64,000 bases of DNA from Pirellulales bacterium (GCA_963733035.1 CAVTBU010000006.1:288001-352000), one strand, 5' to 3'; numbered from the stretch's first letter, positions 40,752 through 52,086 are shown. The notes: a model not told the origin generated them from the letters alone. Translations and numbers: made by a program.

Positions 40752-43700
40752 TTAGAAGCCAGGTGGCAGCGGTTCCCCGCGTTTCTTGACGGCGGCCCGC
40801 GTGGTAATGGAAATCGTTTCGAGCCCGGCGGCGTCCGGCTTGATTTGGTAGACCAGCTTGCCGTCTGGATTGGCTAGTTTGAGTATTCTACGCAAGACGT
40901 CACTGGCGGGCTGATCACGCTCGTTCACGTCATTGAGCGATTGATTCTTGGTGATGCCTTCAAGCTGCAAGTCCCCGCCTACAATCGTGATGGGCACCCC
41001 CAGCTCGCGCGACAGCACGTCGACCGCGCGGTCGAGCGACTCGCGAGGAAAGCTGAGCGAGATCTTCTTGGCGAGTGCTTCGGCGACCGTGATGGGCGTC
41101 GCGGGTTGCGATGTCGCCTGCACTGTGGTTTGCCGCACTCCGCTGCTTTCCAGCAGCGTCAATTCGGCGCCCATCAACAGGTTGTGAGCGGCCGTCGCAG
41201 GCAGGTAGGTCGCCAGCACGACCTGACCATCGTCCACTCCCGAGCGGGTGTAATCGCGGGCCAATTGCAACATTCGCGGAAAGCGATGAATGACGAGCCG
41301 ACCATGAGGTTGCGGAAGCAGTGCCGCCACATGACTCTCGATCCGATCGGGAATCTGCTCCCAACGAGATTTCAACAGATCCATCAGTGCGACTGGCTTG
41401 CGGTCGATCGGAGCCACGGCTCGTAACTCGATATACAGCTCGTCGCCCACGTGAGCACTCAAGAGCACTCCCTGGATGCTGTCGTCGAGGAATTCGCGCA
41501 GCGGACCATGTAATCGGTCGAGATGTCCGGTGAGTAGACTGCGGCCGTCGGTCAGCAGGTAGCTGGGAGTGAAGATCAAGTTGAATTGCCGCTGGTCGTC
41601 GGAGTGCCGTAGCAGGTCTTCGATGCCGCTCCGCAGAAGTGGCTGCCCGTCGAGCTCGAGCATTTGCTTCAGCATCACCACGGGTCCGATGACGATCACA
41701 CGCTGCGACTTCCCTTCCGGCAAGTAGTATCCGCGTCCGTCACGGTGGAAGAATTCCTTTTCAGCGTGCGAACCGACCGTGGGCTTGCCCCACGCATCGA
41801 GCAGCACGTCGCGCGGCACGGCTTCGCGTAGCCGTGCGACATAGTTGGCCTGCGGTCGCAAGCTATCATCGGGCACGAAGCCAATCATCAGTTGCTCGAC
41901 GTCTGCAAGGTTCACGCCGAGCGTTTGCTGGAGATGACTCCGGGCCCGACTTCCTGCCGGTCCCAACGACGCCAGGATCTTCGGACCTTCCGGCGAGTTG
42001 AGCAGGTCGGCTGGCCGAATCGCGAGGATCAACTGAGCACCGCTGGGTAGAAACGACATGTCCAGCGGCTTTCCCAGCGTGGGCGAGGCCCATAGGGTTT
42101 CGCCATCGTCCTCCACCAACGCGTCATCGTTTGCAATTTGCTTCGTTGGCGAATTCGAAGGTGCAACACGGTTGTCGAGCGCTGATGACAAGGGCGCCTC
42201 CCGTCGCGCTGTCGTTGGGTCGCCCGAGGGGCCTGCGGCGGTTGCCTTGGTTGTCGCGTTCGAGGCATCACCGCCGAGCAGCACCCAGGCGGTGACAAGC
42301 AATGCCAGCAGGACGACGATCGCGCCGCCAGTCAGAATATATTTCAATTGTCGCGAGTTCGGTTTTGGTGTCCCCGACCCATTGCCCGATGGCGTGTCCG
42401 TCACGACGAACGGCCGCGATGCATCGACAGCTTCCTCCCTGTTCGTTGAATGTTGGTCTGCGACCACGTCGACCACGATCGCCGGTGGCGATTGCGCGTC
42501 TGGTTCCGATTTGGTTTGCTGCTGAGGGGCGGCCGACCTCGGTTCGACCGGTTGGGACGGAATCGCCGCGGCGGTCGATTTCGCAGCCGCCTTTTCATCA
42601 GATCCTGCTGGCTTCGCTGCCGGCAAGGACGTCCTCGGTCGCGACGGCTGTCGGGGACGTGGCCCTTGCTGGGGCGGCGGCTGCCAATCGGGAGCCTTCC
42701 AGGCCCCATAGCCGGGAGTGAGGCCCTGAGGGTCGACTCTCGGGGGCGTTTTGCGTCCTCCGGGTCCCGCCGCGAAGCTTGCCAACAGGTGCGCCGCTTC
42801 GTTTGCCGTTTGGCAGCGCAGCAGGGGGTCTTTTGCCAACATCTTCGCGACCAAGTCGGCAAGTTCCTCCGGCACCTTGGAATTGAGTTGGTCGAGACGC
42901 TGGGGAAATTCAGAGCGATGCCGTGCGATCTTTTGCTTCTCGCTCCCACCCGGAAACGGCACCCGACCGGCGATCAGTTCATAAAGCACACAGCCCAGTC
43001 CATAAATGTCGACCAGTGGCGTTGGCTCGGCGTTGGGCTCCGTCCATTCTGGGGCCACGTAGTCGACAAGCGGTAACTCCAGACGTTTCAGGCGGCGGGC
43101 CGGCTGCACCAAAGGGAATTGCATCAACTTGGCTGCGCCGTGGCGATCCACCCAAATGTTTCTGGGACAAATTCCGCCATGGGTCAGGTTCTGGGCGTGC
43201 AACGCCACCAGTCCCAACGCGATTTGAAATGTTATCTGGCAGGCCGTTTGCACGCTGAGCTGCTCGCGATGGACCAGTTCCGCGAGGGTTTGTCCGTCGA
43301 GTGATTCAGCCACAATAAACGACTGACCGGCTTGTCGCGTGGCTCGATAGGTGCGGCTGACATGGGGATTCTTGACGGCCGCTGCGACTTCGGCGAGTTC
43401 GGTCAGCTGCCGAAAATCGCGTGAGTCGTTGGTCAGTTGTTGGAGGAACACCAACAGCACCGGCTGGCTGCCTTCGTAGGTCGCCCGCAGGATCCTCGCC
43501 AGGCGTCCCCTTTCGATCCGCTCGACCACGACGAACGGGCCGAATACGAACGGTCCCGGGCGTCCAGCCGCGAGAACGGCGGCCTGATACTTCGTGAGCG
43601 TGCCTCGAGACACGAGCCATTGCGCCAGGCTGGGGACGTTTGCCTGCCCAGCGGACCCCTTCATGGCGGCGAACTCCGCTGCCAGCGCGCCGCACTCGTC

Positions 43701-43760
43701 ATCCGAGAGCAACTGACTGGTGCTTGCCAGCCTCCAGAAATCGTCGAGCGAGAATTGCAT
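40752..43760 (-). CDS. Membrane Hanks-type Ser/Thr kinase-like protein, probable pseudokinase
   Basis: Kinase-fold remnants (NPHV, DYVAPE, DIYGLGCVLYELIAGRVPF, MLAKDP..R) but VAVK, HRD and DFG are replaced; Pro-rich linker, TM and a large extracytoplasmic region. Confidence 0.8.
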   Translation of the reverse strand: MQFSLDDFWRLASTSQLLSDDECGALAAEFAAMKGSAGQANVPSLAQWLVSRGTLTKYQAAVLAAGRPGPFVFGPFVVVERIERGRLARILRATYEGSQPVLLVFLQQLTNDSRDFRQLTELAEVAAAVKNPHVSRTYRATRQAGQSFIVAESLDGQTLAELVHREQLSVQTACQITFQIALGLVALHAQNLTHGGICPRNIWVDRHGAAKLMQFPLVQPARRLKRLELPLVDYVAPEWTEPNAEPTPLVDIYGLGCVLYELIAGRVPFPGGSEKQKIARHRSEFPQRLDQLNSKVPEELADLVAKMLAKDPLLRCQTANEAAHLLASFAAGPGGRKTPPRVDPQGLTPGYGAWKAPDWQPPPQQGPRPRQPSRPRTSLPAAKPAGSDEKAAAKSTAAAIPSQPVEPRSAAPQQQTKSEPDAQSPPAIVVDVVADQHSTNREEAVDASRPFVVTDTPSGNGSGTPKPNSRQLKYILTGGAIVVLLALLVTAWVLLGGDASNATTKATAAGPSGDPTTARREAPLSSALDNRVAPSNSPTKQIANDDALVEDDGETLWASPTLGKPLDMSFLPSGAQLILAIRPADLLNSPEGPKILASLGPAGSRARSHLQQTLGVNLADVEQLMIGFVPDDSLRPQANYVARLREAVPRDVLLDAWGKPTVGSHAEKEFFHRDGRGYYLPEGKSQRVIVIGPVVMLKQMLELDGQPLLRSGIEDLLRHSDDQRQFNLIFTPSYLLTDGRSLLTGHLDRLHGPLREFLDDSIQGVLLSAHVGDELYIELRAVAPIDRKPVALMDLLKSRWEQIPDRIESHVAALLPQPHGRLVIHRFPRMLQLARDYTRSGVDDGQVVLATYLPATAAHNLLMGAELTLLESSGVRQTTVQATSQPATPITVAEALAKKISLSFPRESLDRAVDVLSRELGVPITIVGGDLQLEGITKNQSLNDVNERDQPASDVLRRILKLANPDGKLVYQIKPDAAGLETISITTRAAVKKRGEPLPPGF

Positions 43761-44011
43761 GCAATGAGCGCTGCCGGGCGAGCCGGGGCATCGAACGGTA
43801 AGAGTTAGGTTCCGTTGGAAGACGCCCGCGGGACGTTTTCCCTGTTCCTACATACAAATGTACCACGATCGTCTGCAATGAGGCAAAAGCAGGCGACTTG
43901 GGTCCGCCAGGGTAAGAACGCGAAGGCGAGAACCGTGAATTCTTGCATCATTTGGCATATGCTAAAGAGGGAGCATAAGGGCTCCGATCATCCTTTCTTT
44001 CTGGCAGTTGC

Positions 44012-46605
44012 ATGGCGACAGTGCAAGAAGCCTTTCAAGTGGCATTTGCTCAACATCAGGCGGGGAAACTGCGCGAAGCCGAGGCCCTGTATCGGCAGGT
44101 CTTGGCAGCCGATCCGAATCATGCCGACGCATGGCATTTGCTGGGCCTTGTCGCGCACCAGGCTGGCCGTCCAGATTTAGCGGAACAGTGGCTTGGCCGA
44201 GCGATTGCCCTGACCGGCGATCGGGCCCTGTTTCATTCGAATTTGGGCAACATCCTGCGTATCCGTGGAAATCTTGAGCGGGCCCGGCAGTCGCTCGAGC
44301 GGGCGATTGCACTCGATCCCCAACTGGCCGACGCACACAATAATTTGGGGATCGTGCTGGTCGAACTGGGAGAAGTTTCGGCGGCGGAGGCGGCCTACCG
44401 GCAGGCCCTTTGCTTGCGGCCAGGATTTGCCGAAGCGCACAACAATCTGGGGGCCTTGCTGCACTCCCAAGACCAATTTGACGCTGCCATTGCGGAATAT
44501 CGTTTGGCGCTGGCATCTAGTCCAGGCTATTTCGATGCCCTCAACAATCTGGGCACCGCCCTCAAGGCACAGCAGCGGTTGGACGAGGCGGCCGACACCT
44601 ACTGCCAGGCGCTTGAATTGCGCCCCGGGCCGGCGAGGTGCACTTGAACTTGGGGACGGTCTACCAGGCACAGGGCCGGTTCGATGAGGCCGCCACTTGC
44701 TACCGCGAGGCGCTGCGGATCAACCCGAATTTCCCGCTCGCGTTCAATAACCTGGGCGTGGTCTTGGACGAGCAGGGGCACCACGACGAAGCCGCGGCTG
44801 CCCTGCGCCGGGCCGTCGAGCTCAAACCAGATCTAGCCGACGCGCATTTCAACCTGGGGGCCAACCGGCAGCTCAAAGGAGATATTGCCGCCGCCGCGGA
44901 GAATTATCGAAAAGCGATCGAGTGCGATTCTGGGTTTACCAAAGCGCTTGTAAGCCTGGGCCGACTCGCCGAGCGAGAAGGAGATTATCGCGAGGCCCTT
45001 CAGCTATTCGAACGAGCGCTGGCCGTCGATGCGACGTCCGTCGCGGCTCATTTGGGCCGAGCCCGCGCATGTGAAGCGCTCGGCCAGTCGGCAGAGGCGC
45101 GTCGCGGCTACGAAACGGTCCTCGAGTTGCGGCCGGATGTCACCGAGGCCTATAACAATCTGGCAATGCTACATTCGGGGCGGGGATTCCCCGATTTGGC
45201 GGAGGAATATTGCCGCCGAGGCCTCGAACGCGACCCAAAGTCACCCGCGCTGCATGCCAACCTGGCAACCACCTTGAGTCATCAGGGGCGGCAAGTGGAG
45301 GCGGTTGCCACAGCCCGCGCGGCGGTTGATCTGCACCCGGACGGCTATGTGGAATTCAGCAACTTGTTGTACGCGCTGAATTTCTTACCCGACTACGATC
45401 CGGCACAATTGTTCGAAGAGCATCTCGAGTGGGCGCGGCGGCATGCCGAGCCGCTCTCTGCCGCCGCGCTGCCGCACAATAATGAGCCGTCGCCCGACCG
45501 CCGGTTGCGGGTCGGCTATGTATCACCCTATTTTCGCGAGCACGCGGTGAATTTCTTCACCGAGCCGCTGATCACGGCGCACGATCATCGCAACTTCGAA
45601 ATCTTCCTTTATAGTGACAACCGCCACAAGGACGCCGCGACGGATCGGTTAAAGGCCGCCGCCGATGTTTGGCGGCAAACACGCTTCAGGACCGACGCGC
45701 AATTGGCGGAACTGGTGCGACAGGATCGAATTGATATTCTGGTCGACCTGACCGGACACTTGGCGGCGCATCGGTTGTTGGCCTTCGCCCGTCGCCCGGC
45801 CCCCGTGCAGGTCACTTACATCGGCTACCAGAACACCACGGGTATGTCCGCAATGGACTACCGGTTGACAGACCGGCGGGTTGATCCACCGGGACAGACC
45901 GAACGCTATCACACCGAAAAACTGGTTCACTTGCCGCGATCGTACTTCTGCTACCGCCCGGCGGACGACGTTCCGCCGGTCACTCCGCTTCCGGCGCGAT
46001 CCGCCGGCCACATCACGTTCGGCTCATTCAACAATTTCACGAAGGTAACTCCGCAGGCAATCGAGACCTGGATGCGAATCCTCGACCGCTTGCCGAAGTC
46101 CCGCTTGTTGGTGCTTGCCAATCGGGAGGGGTTCGTCGAGCGGTATTTCGAAGAGCGCGCCCTCGCGCATGGCATTGATCCGGGGCGCATCGAGGTGGCG
46201 AACAGGATGCCGCGTGCGGAATACTATCGCTTTATGCAACGGGCCGACGTGGCGCTGGATCCGTTTCCGTTCAACGGTCATACCACAACCTGCGACGCCG
46301 TTTGGCTGGGTCTGCCGTCGATTATGCTGCAGGGCGACACGTACGCCTCGAGGTATGGTTCTGGAGTGCTTGCCCCCGTGGGACTCGACCGGCAGATTAC
46401 CCGATCGGCTGACGAGTATGTCGAGCGGGCCGTGGAACTGGCCGGCGACGTCGACCAGCTTGTCGAACTACGAGCCACGCTTCGCGAGCGGATGGCGGCG
46501 TCGGTGCTGTTGGATTTTGCCGGCTTCGCCCGCGACGTCGAAGCGGCCTATCGACAGATGTGGGTGGATTACTGCGCGGGCGTGCGGGGAGGGCCACCGA
46601 CGTGA
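44012..46605 (+). CDS. TPR + GT41 (SPINDLY/OGT-like) glycosyltransferase (frameshift at ~44635)
   Basis: TPRs span ORFs 44012-44647 and 44638-46605; LRVGYVSPYFREHAV, IDILVDLTGH, PAPVQVTYIGY, FGSFNNFTK, LDPFPFNGHTT. Confidence 0.85.
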
Positions 46606-48875
46606 ACCGGGAGTCGATTCAGGCGACGCTTGATGCCGCCATCCGGTGTCACGATGCGGGCGACCTGCAGCAGGCCGAGCAGCTTTACCGCCGCGTGCTC
46701 ACTGCCGATCCGCGGCACGCGAAAGCCACCTATTTGATGGGGCTGTTAGCACATCAACTCGGCAAGCACGATCAGGCGGAGCGCGCGATCAGCAGTGCAA
46801 TTCGGCTCGACGGTGGTCAACCAACGTTCCACACGACCCTCGGTGAAGTTTATCGCAGCCTCGGTCGGCTATCCGACGCGGTCGTGTGTTATCGGCACGC
46901 GCTGCGCATGAACGGCAACAATCCCGCGGCCTATAACAATTTGGGTTCGCTGCTCCAGGCTCAGGGGGACCTGCCGGCCGCAATGGACTGCTACCGCAGT
47001 GCGATTCAACTCCAGGCGGAATATGCCGACGCCCACCACAACCTTGCGATCGCCTGGCAACAACAGGGAGACTTTGTCCAAGCGGCAGCCTCGTTTGCCG
47101 AAGCCGCGCGCATTCGACCCGATTTTCTGGCCGCGCAACTCGGACAGGCCAGCATGCTGTACGCTCAAGGTAAGAACGATGAAGCGGCGGCTCGATTCAA
47201 ACAACTCGTAGAGCAGTATCCCAACAACGCGCAATTGCATTGTGCGCAAGGGGCCGGCCTGCAGTGGGTTGGCGATCTCGAGGCGGCAGTCACGCACTAT
47301 CGACGCGCGATGGAGCTGGCACCGCACCACGCGGAAGTGCACTACAACCTGGCCGCGGCCCTGCGCGAATTCGGGCGCGATTTGGACGCCATTGCGGAAT
47401 ACGAAGCGGCGGTGAAGATCAACCCGCGCATGGCAGTCGCTTGGGCGAACCTGTCGAATACGCTACTAGGTATCGTTCGCCCCGATGAAGCGGCCGCGGC
47501 CGCCCGCAACGCGGTCGCACTGCAACCTCGATCCAGCAAGGCCGCGGGCAGCCTGGCGTCGGCGCTACAATTGCAGGGCGACATGGACGGGGCGATCGAC
47601 GCGTTCCGCCAGGCGGTCGCGATCGATCCCCACGATTCGGGTAATCACAGCAATCTGCTTTACACGCTGAATTTTCATCCGGGCTACGACGATGCGACGC
47701 TGTTTGCCGAGCACCGAAACTGGGCTGTTCAACATGCCGAACCGCTGACGGCCATGGCGGCCCCGCATGGCAACGACCGGCAACCCGAACGTCGCCTGCG
47801 AGTCGGCTACGTCTCGGCCCACTTCCGCAATCACGCGGTTGCCTATTTCAGCGAACCGTTGCTGGCGGCGCACGACAAAGCGCAAACGGAGGTTTTCTGC
47901 TACGCCGATCTCCGCCAGTCTGATGACACGACCGCTCGGTTTCGCTCGTATGCGACTGCTTGGCGCGATACCAGCCGGCTCGCGCACGATCAAATGGCCG
48001 AATTGATTCGCGAAGACGGCGTCGACATTCTGGTGGACCTGGCCGGACATATCGGGGGAAATCGGCTGCCGGTGTTTGCACGCAAGCCAGCCCCCGTCCA
48101 GGTAACTTACCTGGGTTACCAAAATACGACCGGCATGTCTGCGATGGATTACCGGCTCACCGACGCGCATGCCGATCCACCCGGCACCACCGATCCGTGG
48201 TACACCGAGCGCTTGGCGCGGCTGCCAGGAGCTTTTTTTTGCTTCCGCCCGCCGGAACCCTCTCCCCCAGTGGGGCCCCTTCCAGCTGAGCGTCGCGGGC
48301 AGATTACCTTTGCCTCGTTGAACCACGTGTTGAAATTGCGGCCCGAGAATTTTCGGGTTTGGAGCCGAATTCTGGCTCGCGTGACCAATTCTCGGCTGCT
48401 GCTGCTGGCTTATTCGCCGGGCGTGTTGGAGCGAAGTGTGCGAGATTTGTTAGCGGCCGAGGGGATCGATCCGTCGAGAATCGACGTGGTGAACAAACGG
48501 CCGCGCCAAGAATATTTGCAAATGCACAACGAAGTCGACGTGGCGCTGGACACATTTCCGTTTAATGGGCACACAACCGTCTGCGATGCGCTATGGATGG
48601 GCGTACCATCGATTATGCTAGAGGGAGGTCGCTACGCCTCGCGATTCGGTGGCAGCACGCTCTTGGGCGTGGGGCTGGGCGAATTAATTGCTCACGATCC
48701 TGACGAGTACGTCGAACTGGCCGTGGCGCTGGCAAGTGATCAGCGGCGATTGGCCGAGTTGCGGCGCGGCTTGCGGGAGCGGTTGCTCGCGTCGCCATTG
48801 GTCGATGCCCCGCAATTTGCCCGTGGCGTCGAAGCGGCCTATCGCCAAATGTGGCGAAGCTGGTGCGCATCTTGA
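46602..48875 (+). CDS. TPR + GT41 (SPINDLY/OGT-like) glycosyltransferase
   Basis: GTG start overlapping the upstream TGA; TPRs; LRVGYVSAHFRNHAV, VDILVDLAGH, PAPVQVTYLGY, LDTFPFNGHTT. Confidence 0.88.
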   Translation: MNRESIQATLDAAIRCHDAGDLQQAEQLYRRVLTADPRHAKATYLMGLLAHQLGKHDQAERAISSAIRLDGGQPTFHTTLGEVYRSLGRLSDAVVCYRHALRMNGNNPAAYNNLGSLLQAQGDLPAAMDCYRSAIQLQAEYADAHHNLAIAWQQQGDFVQAAASFAEAARIRPDFLAAQLGQASMLYAQGKNDEAAARFKQLVEQYPNNAQLHCAQGAGLQWVGDLEAAVTHYRRAMELAPHHAEVHYNLAAALREFGRDLDAIAEYEAAVKINPRMAVAWANLSNTLLGIVRPDEAAAAARNAVALQPRSSKAAGSLASALQLQGDMDGAIDAFRQAVAIDPHDSGNHSNLLYTLNFHPGYDDATLFAEHRNWAVQHAEPLTAMAAPHGNDRQPERRLRVGYVSAHFRNHAVAYFSEPLLAAHDKAQTEVFCYADLRQSDDTTARFRSYATAWRDTSRLAHDQMAELIREDGVDILVDLAGHIGGNRLPVFARKPAPVQVTYLGYQNTTGMSAMDYRLTDAHADPPGTTDPWYTERLARLPGAFFCFRPPEPSPPVGPLPAERRGQITFASLNHVLKLRPENFRVWSRILARVTNSRLLLLAYSPGVLERSVRDLLAAEGIDPSRIDVVNKRPRQEYLQMHNEVDVALDTFPFNGHTTVCDALWMGVPSIMLEGGRYASRFGGSTLLGVGLGELIAHDPDEYVELAVALASDQRRLAELRRGLRERLLASPLVDAPQFARGVEAAYRQMWRSWCAS

Positions 48876-48896
48876 GGACTGCAACAAGAGGCAGCG

Positions 48897-49574
48897 ATGG
48901 CTGACATTGTCGAAACCCTGCAGGCCGGTTTGCAACATCACCGGGCTGGACGTTTGCCGGAGGCCGAACTGGCCTACCGTCGCGTTTTGGAAATGCATCC
49001 CCGCAACGCGCAGGCCATGCATTTGCTCGGGCTGGTCGCATTTCAGGCTGGGAAATCGGAACTGGCCCTGGAATACGTGGAGAGCGCAATCAAGTTTGAC
49101 GCTTTTCACGCGCCGTTCTGGGCAGACCTCGCGGAAATCTATGCCGCGTTGGGGCGAACCGACGATGCGGTGGCCGCCTACCGCAAGGCGCTGAACATGA
49201 ATCCCAGGATGGCAGATGCCTGGACGCACTTCGGCACGTTGCTCGAAGCGGTTGGCGAGCGCGAAGAGGGACTTGCCTGTTATCGTCGCGCGCTGGAGAT
49301 CGATCCAAAGTATGCCGGTGCCCATGCCTTCTTGGGAGTGGCCATGCAAGAAAGCGGGCAGCTTGACGAGGCCCAACAGTTGCTGGAAAGGGCCGTGCAG
49401 TTGGCGCCCGAGAATCCAGAAATCTATCTGCAGCTGGGCCGCTGTTTGCAGGCGCAGCAAAAGTGGGTGGACGCGATCGCCTGTTATCAAATGGTGCGGC
49501 GGATCGAGCCAGAACACGAAGCGGCCACGGAGCTGTATGAGCAGGCCCGGGCGGCGATTGCCACGAAGTCCTAG
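48897..49574 (+). CDS. TPR-only protein
   Basis: About six TPRs; same N-terminal motif as the neighbouring TPR genes; no catalytic domain. Confidence 0.85.
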   Translation: MADIVETLQAGLQHHRAGRLPEAELAYRRVLEMHPRNAQAMHLLGLVAFQAGKSELALEYVESAIKFDAFHAPFWADLAEIYAALGRTDDAVAAYRKALNMNPRMADAWTHFGTLLEAVGEREEGLACYRRALEIDPKYAGAHAFLGVAMQESGQLDEAQQLLERAVQLAPENPEIYLQLGRCLQAQQKWVDAIACYQMVRRIEPEHEAATELYEQARAAIATKS

Positions 49575-49625
49575 CGACATGCTCGAATTGGGCAGCTATT
49601 CGAAGCGGCCACGACGAATTCTTAC

Positions 49626-51896
49626 ATGAGCTCGATCGCCCAAATCATGCAAACGGCGCTGGCCCACCACCAGGCCGGGCGGCTGACACAGGCGGAGCAA
49701 CTCTATCGTCAGGTGCTGGCCGCCGATCCACGGCATGCCGGCGCCTTGCATCTTCTCGGGTTGACCGCCTTGCAGTCCGGCCGGCCTGGACTCGCCGTGC
49801 AAACCATCTCCGCCGCGATTCGTTTGAACGGAAACCAGGCGACCTTTCATGCCAACCTGGGTGAGGCTTATCGCGGCCTCGGCCAATTGGACGACGCCCG
49901 CCGCTCGTACCAGAAAGCGCTCAGCATCCAGCCGAATTTGGCTGCGGCCCACAATAACCTGGGCACGATCCTTCAATCGCAGGGCAACTTGTCGGCGGCG
50001 ATCGAGCACTATCGGCAGGCCATCGCGCAGCAACCCAATTACCACGACGCGTATAACAACCTGGGGACCGCTTATCAACAACAAGGCGACTGGAAGTCGG
50101 CCACCGAGTGCTTTGGGCGTGCCGTTGCAATCCAGCCGACATACGCCCGCGGACACTACAACCGGGGCGTGGCCTTGGCGACACAACAGCGGTTGGCCGA
50201 GGCCGTCGCCGCCTTCGAGCAAGCCGTTACCGCCGCCCCCGACTATGCCGAGGCCCACTACGGCCTGGCAATGTCTTTGCAGCAGCAGGGGGAAATCGAA
50301 CGGGCCGAGGCTGCCTACCGGCAAGCTTTGCTGCTGCGTCCCGCCTGGGCGGAAGTGGCAAGCAGCCTCGGTTCGCTTTATCAGATGCAAGGCGACCTCG
50401 AGCGTGCCGCGCAAATGTACGAGCAGGCCTTGGCGGCAGATCCCAACTATGGCGAGGCCCACTACAACCAGGGCACGCTTCTGAATCGGCAGGGTCAGCC
50501 GTCCAGGGCAATCGAAAAATATCGCCGGGCAATCGCCTGCAAGCCGGAATTTCCGGAAGCCCACTACAATCTGGGCACGCTGCTGCAACAGTTTGGAAGT
50601 CTCGACGAGGCCGCCGCCGCCTATCGCGAAGCAATCCGGTTGCGGCCCAACTACACCCTGGCCCACAACAATCTTGGCAACGTTTGCCGCGACCTGGGAC
50701 AAACCGATGAGGCGATCGCCTGTTACGAGCGAGCCTTGCAGTTTGAGCCGAACAGTAGCCAGACGCGGTTGAATCTTGGCTCGGCGTGGCAGGAGAAGGG
50801 GCAACTCGAACGAACCCTCGCCTGTTACGAGCAGGCCATGCAGGCAAACCCCGAAAGCGCCGAGGTGTTTAACAACCTGGGGACCGTGCTCGAGGGATTG
50901 GGGCGCGACGACGAGGCACTCGACTGTTTTGATCGTTGCGTGCAGTTGGCACCAGCGTTCGCCGAACCCCGCTACAACCGCGCACTGGTTCATCTGCGAC
51001 GGCGACAATTCTCTGAGGGCTGGGCGGAATACGGCTGGTGGCTGAAGTGTAAAGAGTATCCCAAGCGACCCTTCCACGGTCCGCTGTGGGATGGCAACAC
51101 ATTGGCCGGAGGGACTCTGTTGGTTTATGCCGAACAGGGATTTGGCGATACGATTCAGTTCGTTCGCTATCTGCCGATGGTCCGCCGTTTGGTCAAGGCC
51201 GTCGTCCTGGAGGTGCAGCCGCAACTTGTGCCGTTGTTGAAGAAGTCGGGTTTGGACGAAGTCATCGCCGCGGGCTCGCCGCTACCCGCCTACGACGCGC
51301 ACATTCCACTCATGCAGTTGCCTGCCGTGTTCGGCTCGACGGAGGAGAACCTGCCGGCCGACGTTCCCTATCTGAAGTGCGATTCGGTGCTCGCCGAAAA
51401 ATGGCAGACTCATTTGGCCGAGGTCCAAGGGTTCAAAGTCGGCGTTGCCTGGCAAGGAAATCCCAAGTACATGGCCGATTCACGGCGCTCGATTCGACTC
51501 GCGGTGTTTGCGCCTTTGGCCTCTCTGCCGGGAATTCAGCTTATTAGTCTGCAGAAGGGGCACGGCGCCGAGCAAGTGGCTGAAGTCTCAAAAGAAATGA
51601 AAATCCTGGATTTGGGGCCGCAGCTCGATGTCGATGCCGGCGCCTTCATGGATACCGCGGCGGTGATGCAGTCCCTTGATTTGGTGATCAGTTCCGATAC
51701 TTCAATCGCTCATCTGGCCGGAGCGCTCGGAATACCGACGTGGCTGGCAGTGTCGACAAATCCCGACTGGCGTTGGTTTCGCGACGGCGACCGCTCGCCC
51801 TGGTACCCTAGCTTTCGGCTGTTTCGCCAGCAAAGTGCCGGTGATTGGGGGGAGTTGTTTGCCAGGATGAAAGACGAGTTGGCGCGATTGATCTAG
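49626..51896 (+). CDS. TPR + GT9-like (GT-B) glycosyltransferase
   Basis: TPRs, then EQGFGDTIQFVRY, VGVAWQGNP, ISLQKG, DTAAV...LDLVISSDTSIAHLAGALG, DWRW...SPWYPS. Confidence 0.85.
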   Translation: MSSIAQIMQTALAHHQAGRLTQAEQLYRQVLAADPRHAGALHLLGLTALQSGRPGLAVQTISAAIRLNGNQATFHANLGEAYRGLGQLDDARRSYQKALSIQPNLAAAHNNLGTILQSQGNLSAAIEHYRQAIAQQPNYHDAYNNLGTAYQQQGDWKSATECFGRAVAIQPTYARGHYNRGVALATQQRLAEAVAAFEQAVTAAPDYAEAHYGLAMSLQQQGEIERAEAAYRQALLLRPAWAEVASSLGSLYQMQGDLERAAQMYEQALAADPNYGEAHYNQGTLLNRQGQPSRAIEKYRRAIACKPEFPEAHYNLGTLLQQFGSLDEAAAAYREAIRLRPNYTLAHNNLGNVCRDLGQTDEAIACYERALQFEPNSSQTRLNLGSAWQEKGQLERTLACYEQAMQANPESAEVFNNLGTVLEGLGRDDEALDCFDRCVQLAPAFAEPRYNRALVHLRRRQFSEGWAEYGWWLKCKEYPKRPFHGPLWDGNTLAGGTLLVYAEQGFGDTIQFVRYLPMVRRLVKAVVLEVQPQLVPLLKKSGLDEVIAAGSPLPAYDAHIPLMQLPAVFGSTEENLPADVPYLKCDSVLAEKWQTHLAEVQGFKVGVAWQGNPKYMADSRRSIRLAVFAPLASLPGIQLISLQKGHGAEQVAEVSKEMKILDLGPQLDVDAGAFMDTAAVMQSLDLVISSDTSIAHLAGALGIPTWLAVSTNPDWRWFRDGDRSPWYPSFRLFRQQSAGDWGELFARMKDELARLI

Positions 51897-52086
51897 CAGG
51901 TCGCGGATTCAATTTCAAATGTCGGACGACCGGCGGAGGGCAACCCAAACGTCGGCGACCTATTTTTTGTTGCTTGCGGCGCATGAGATGCTTACGATCC
52001 AAAGTGTACCAGCGGCGCGGCGTTGTTGCACTTCTTGATAACGCCCGTCCAACGCCGCGAACCGGGTGTCAGCCAATCTCGACGTC

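Noticed and set aside
51897..51970. AGGTCGC...GCGACCT pairing with a GGGCAACCC mini-hairpin and T-tract (c-di-GMP riboswitch or terminator?)
   Set aside because: Does not match c-di-GMP-I/II consensus; the loop is too long for a confident intrinsic terminator.
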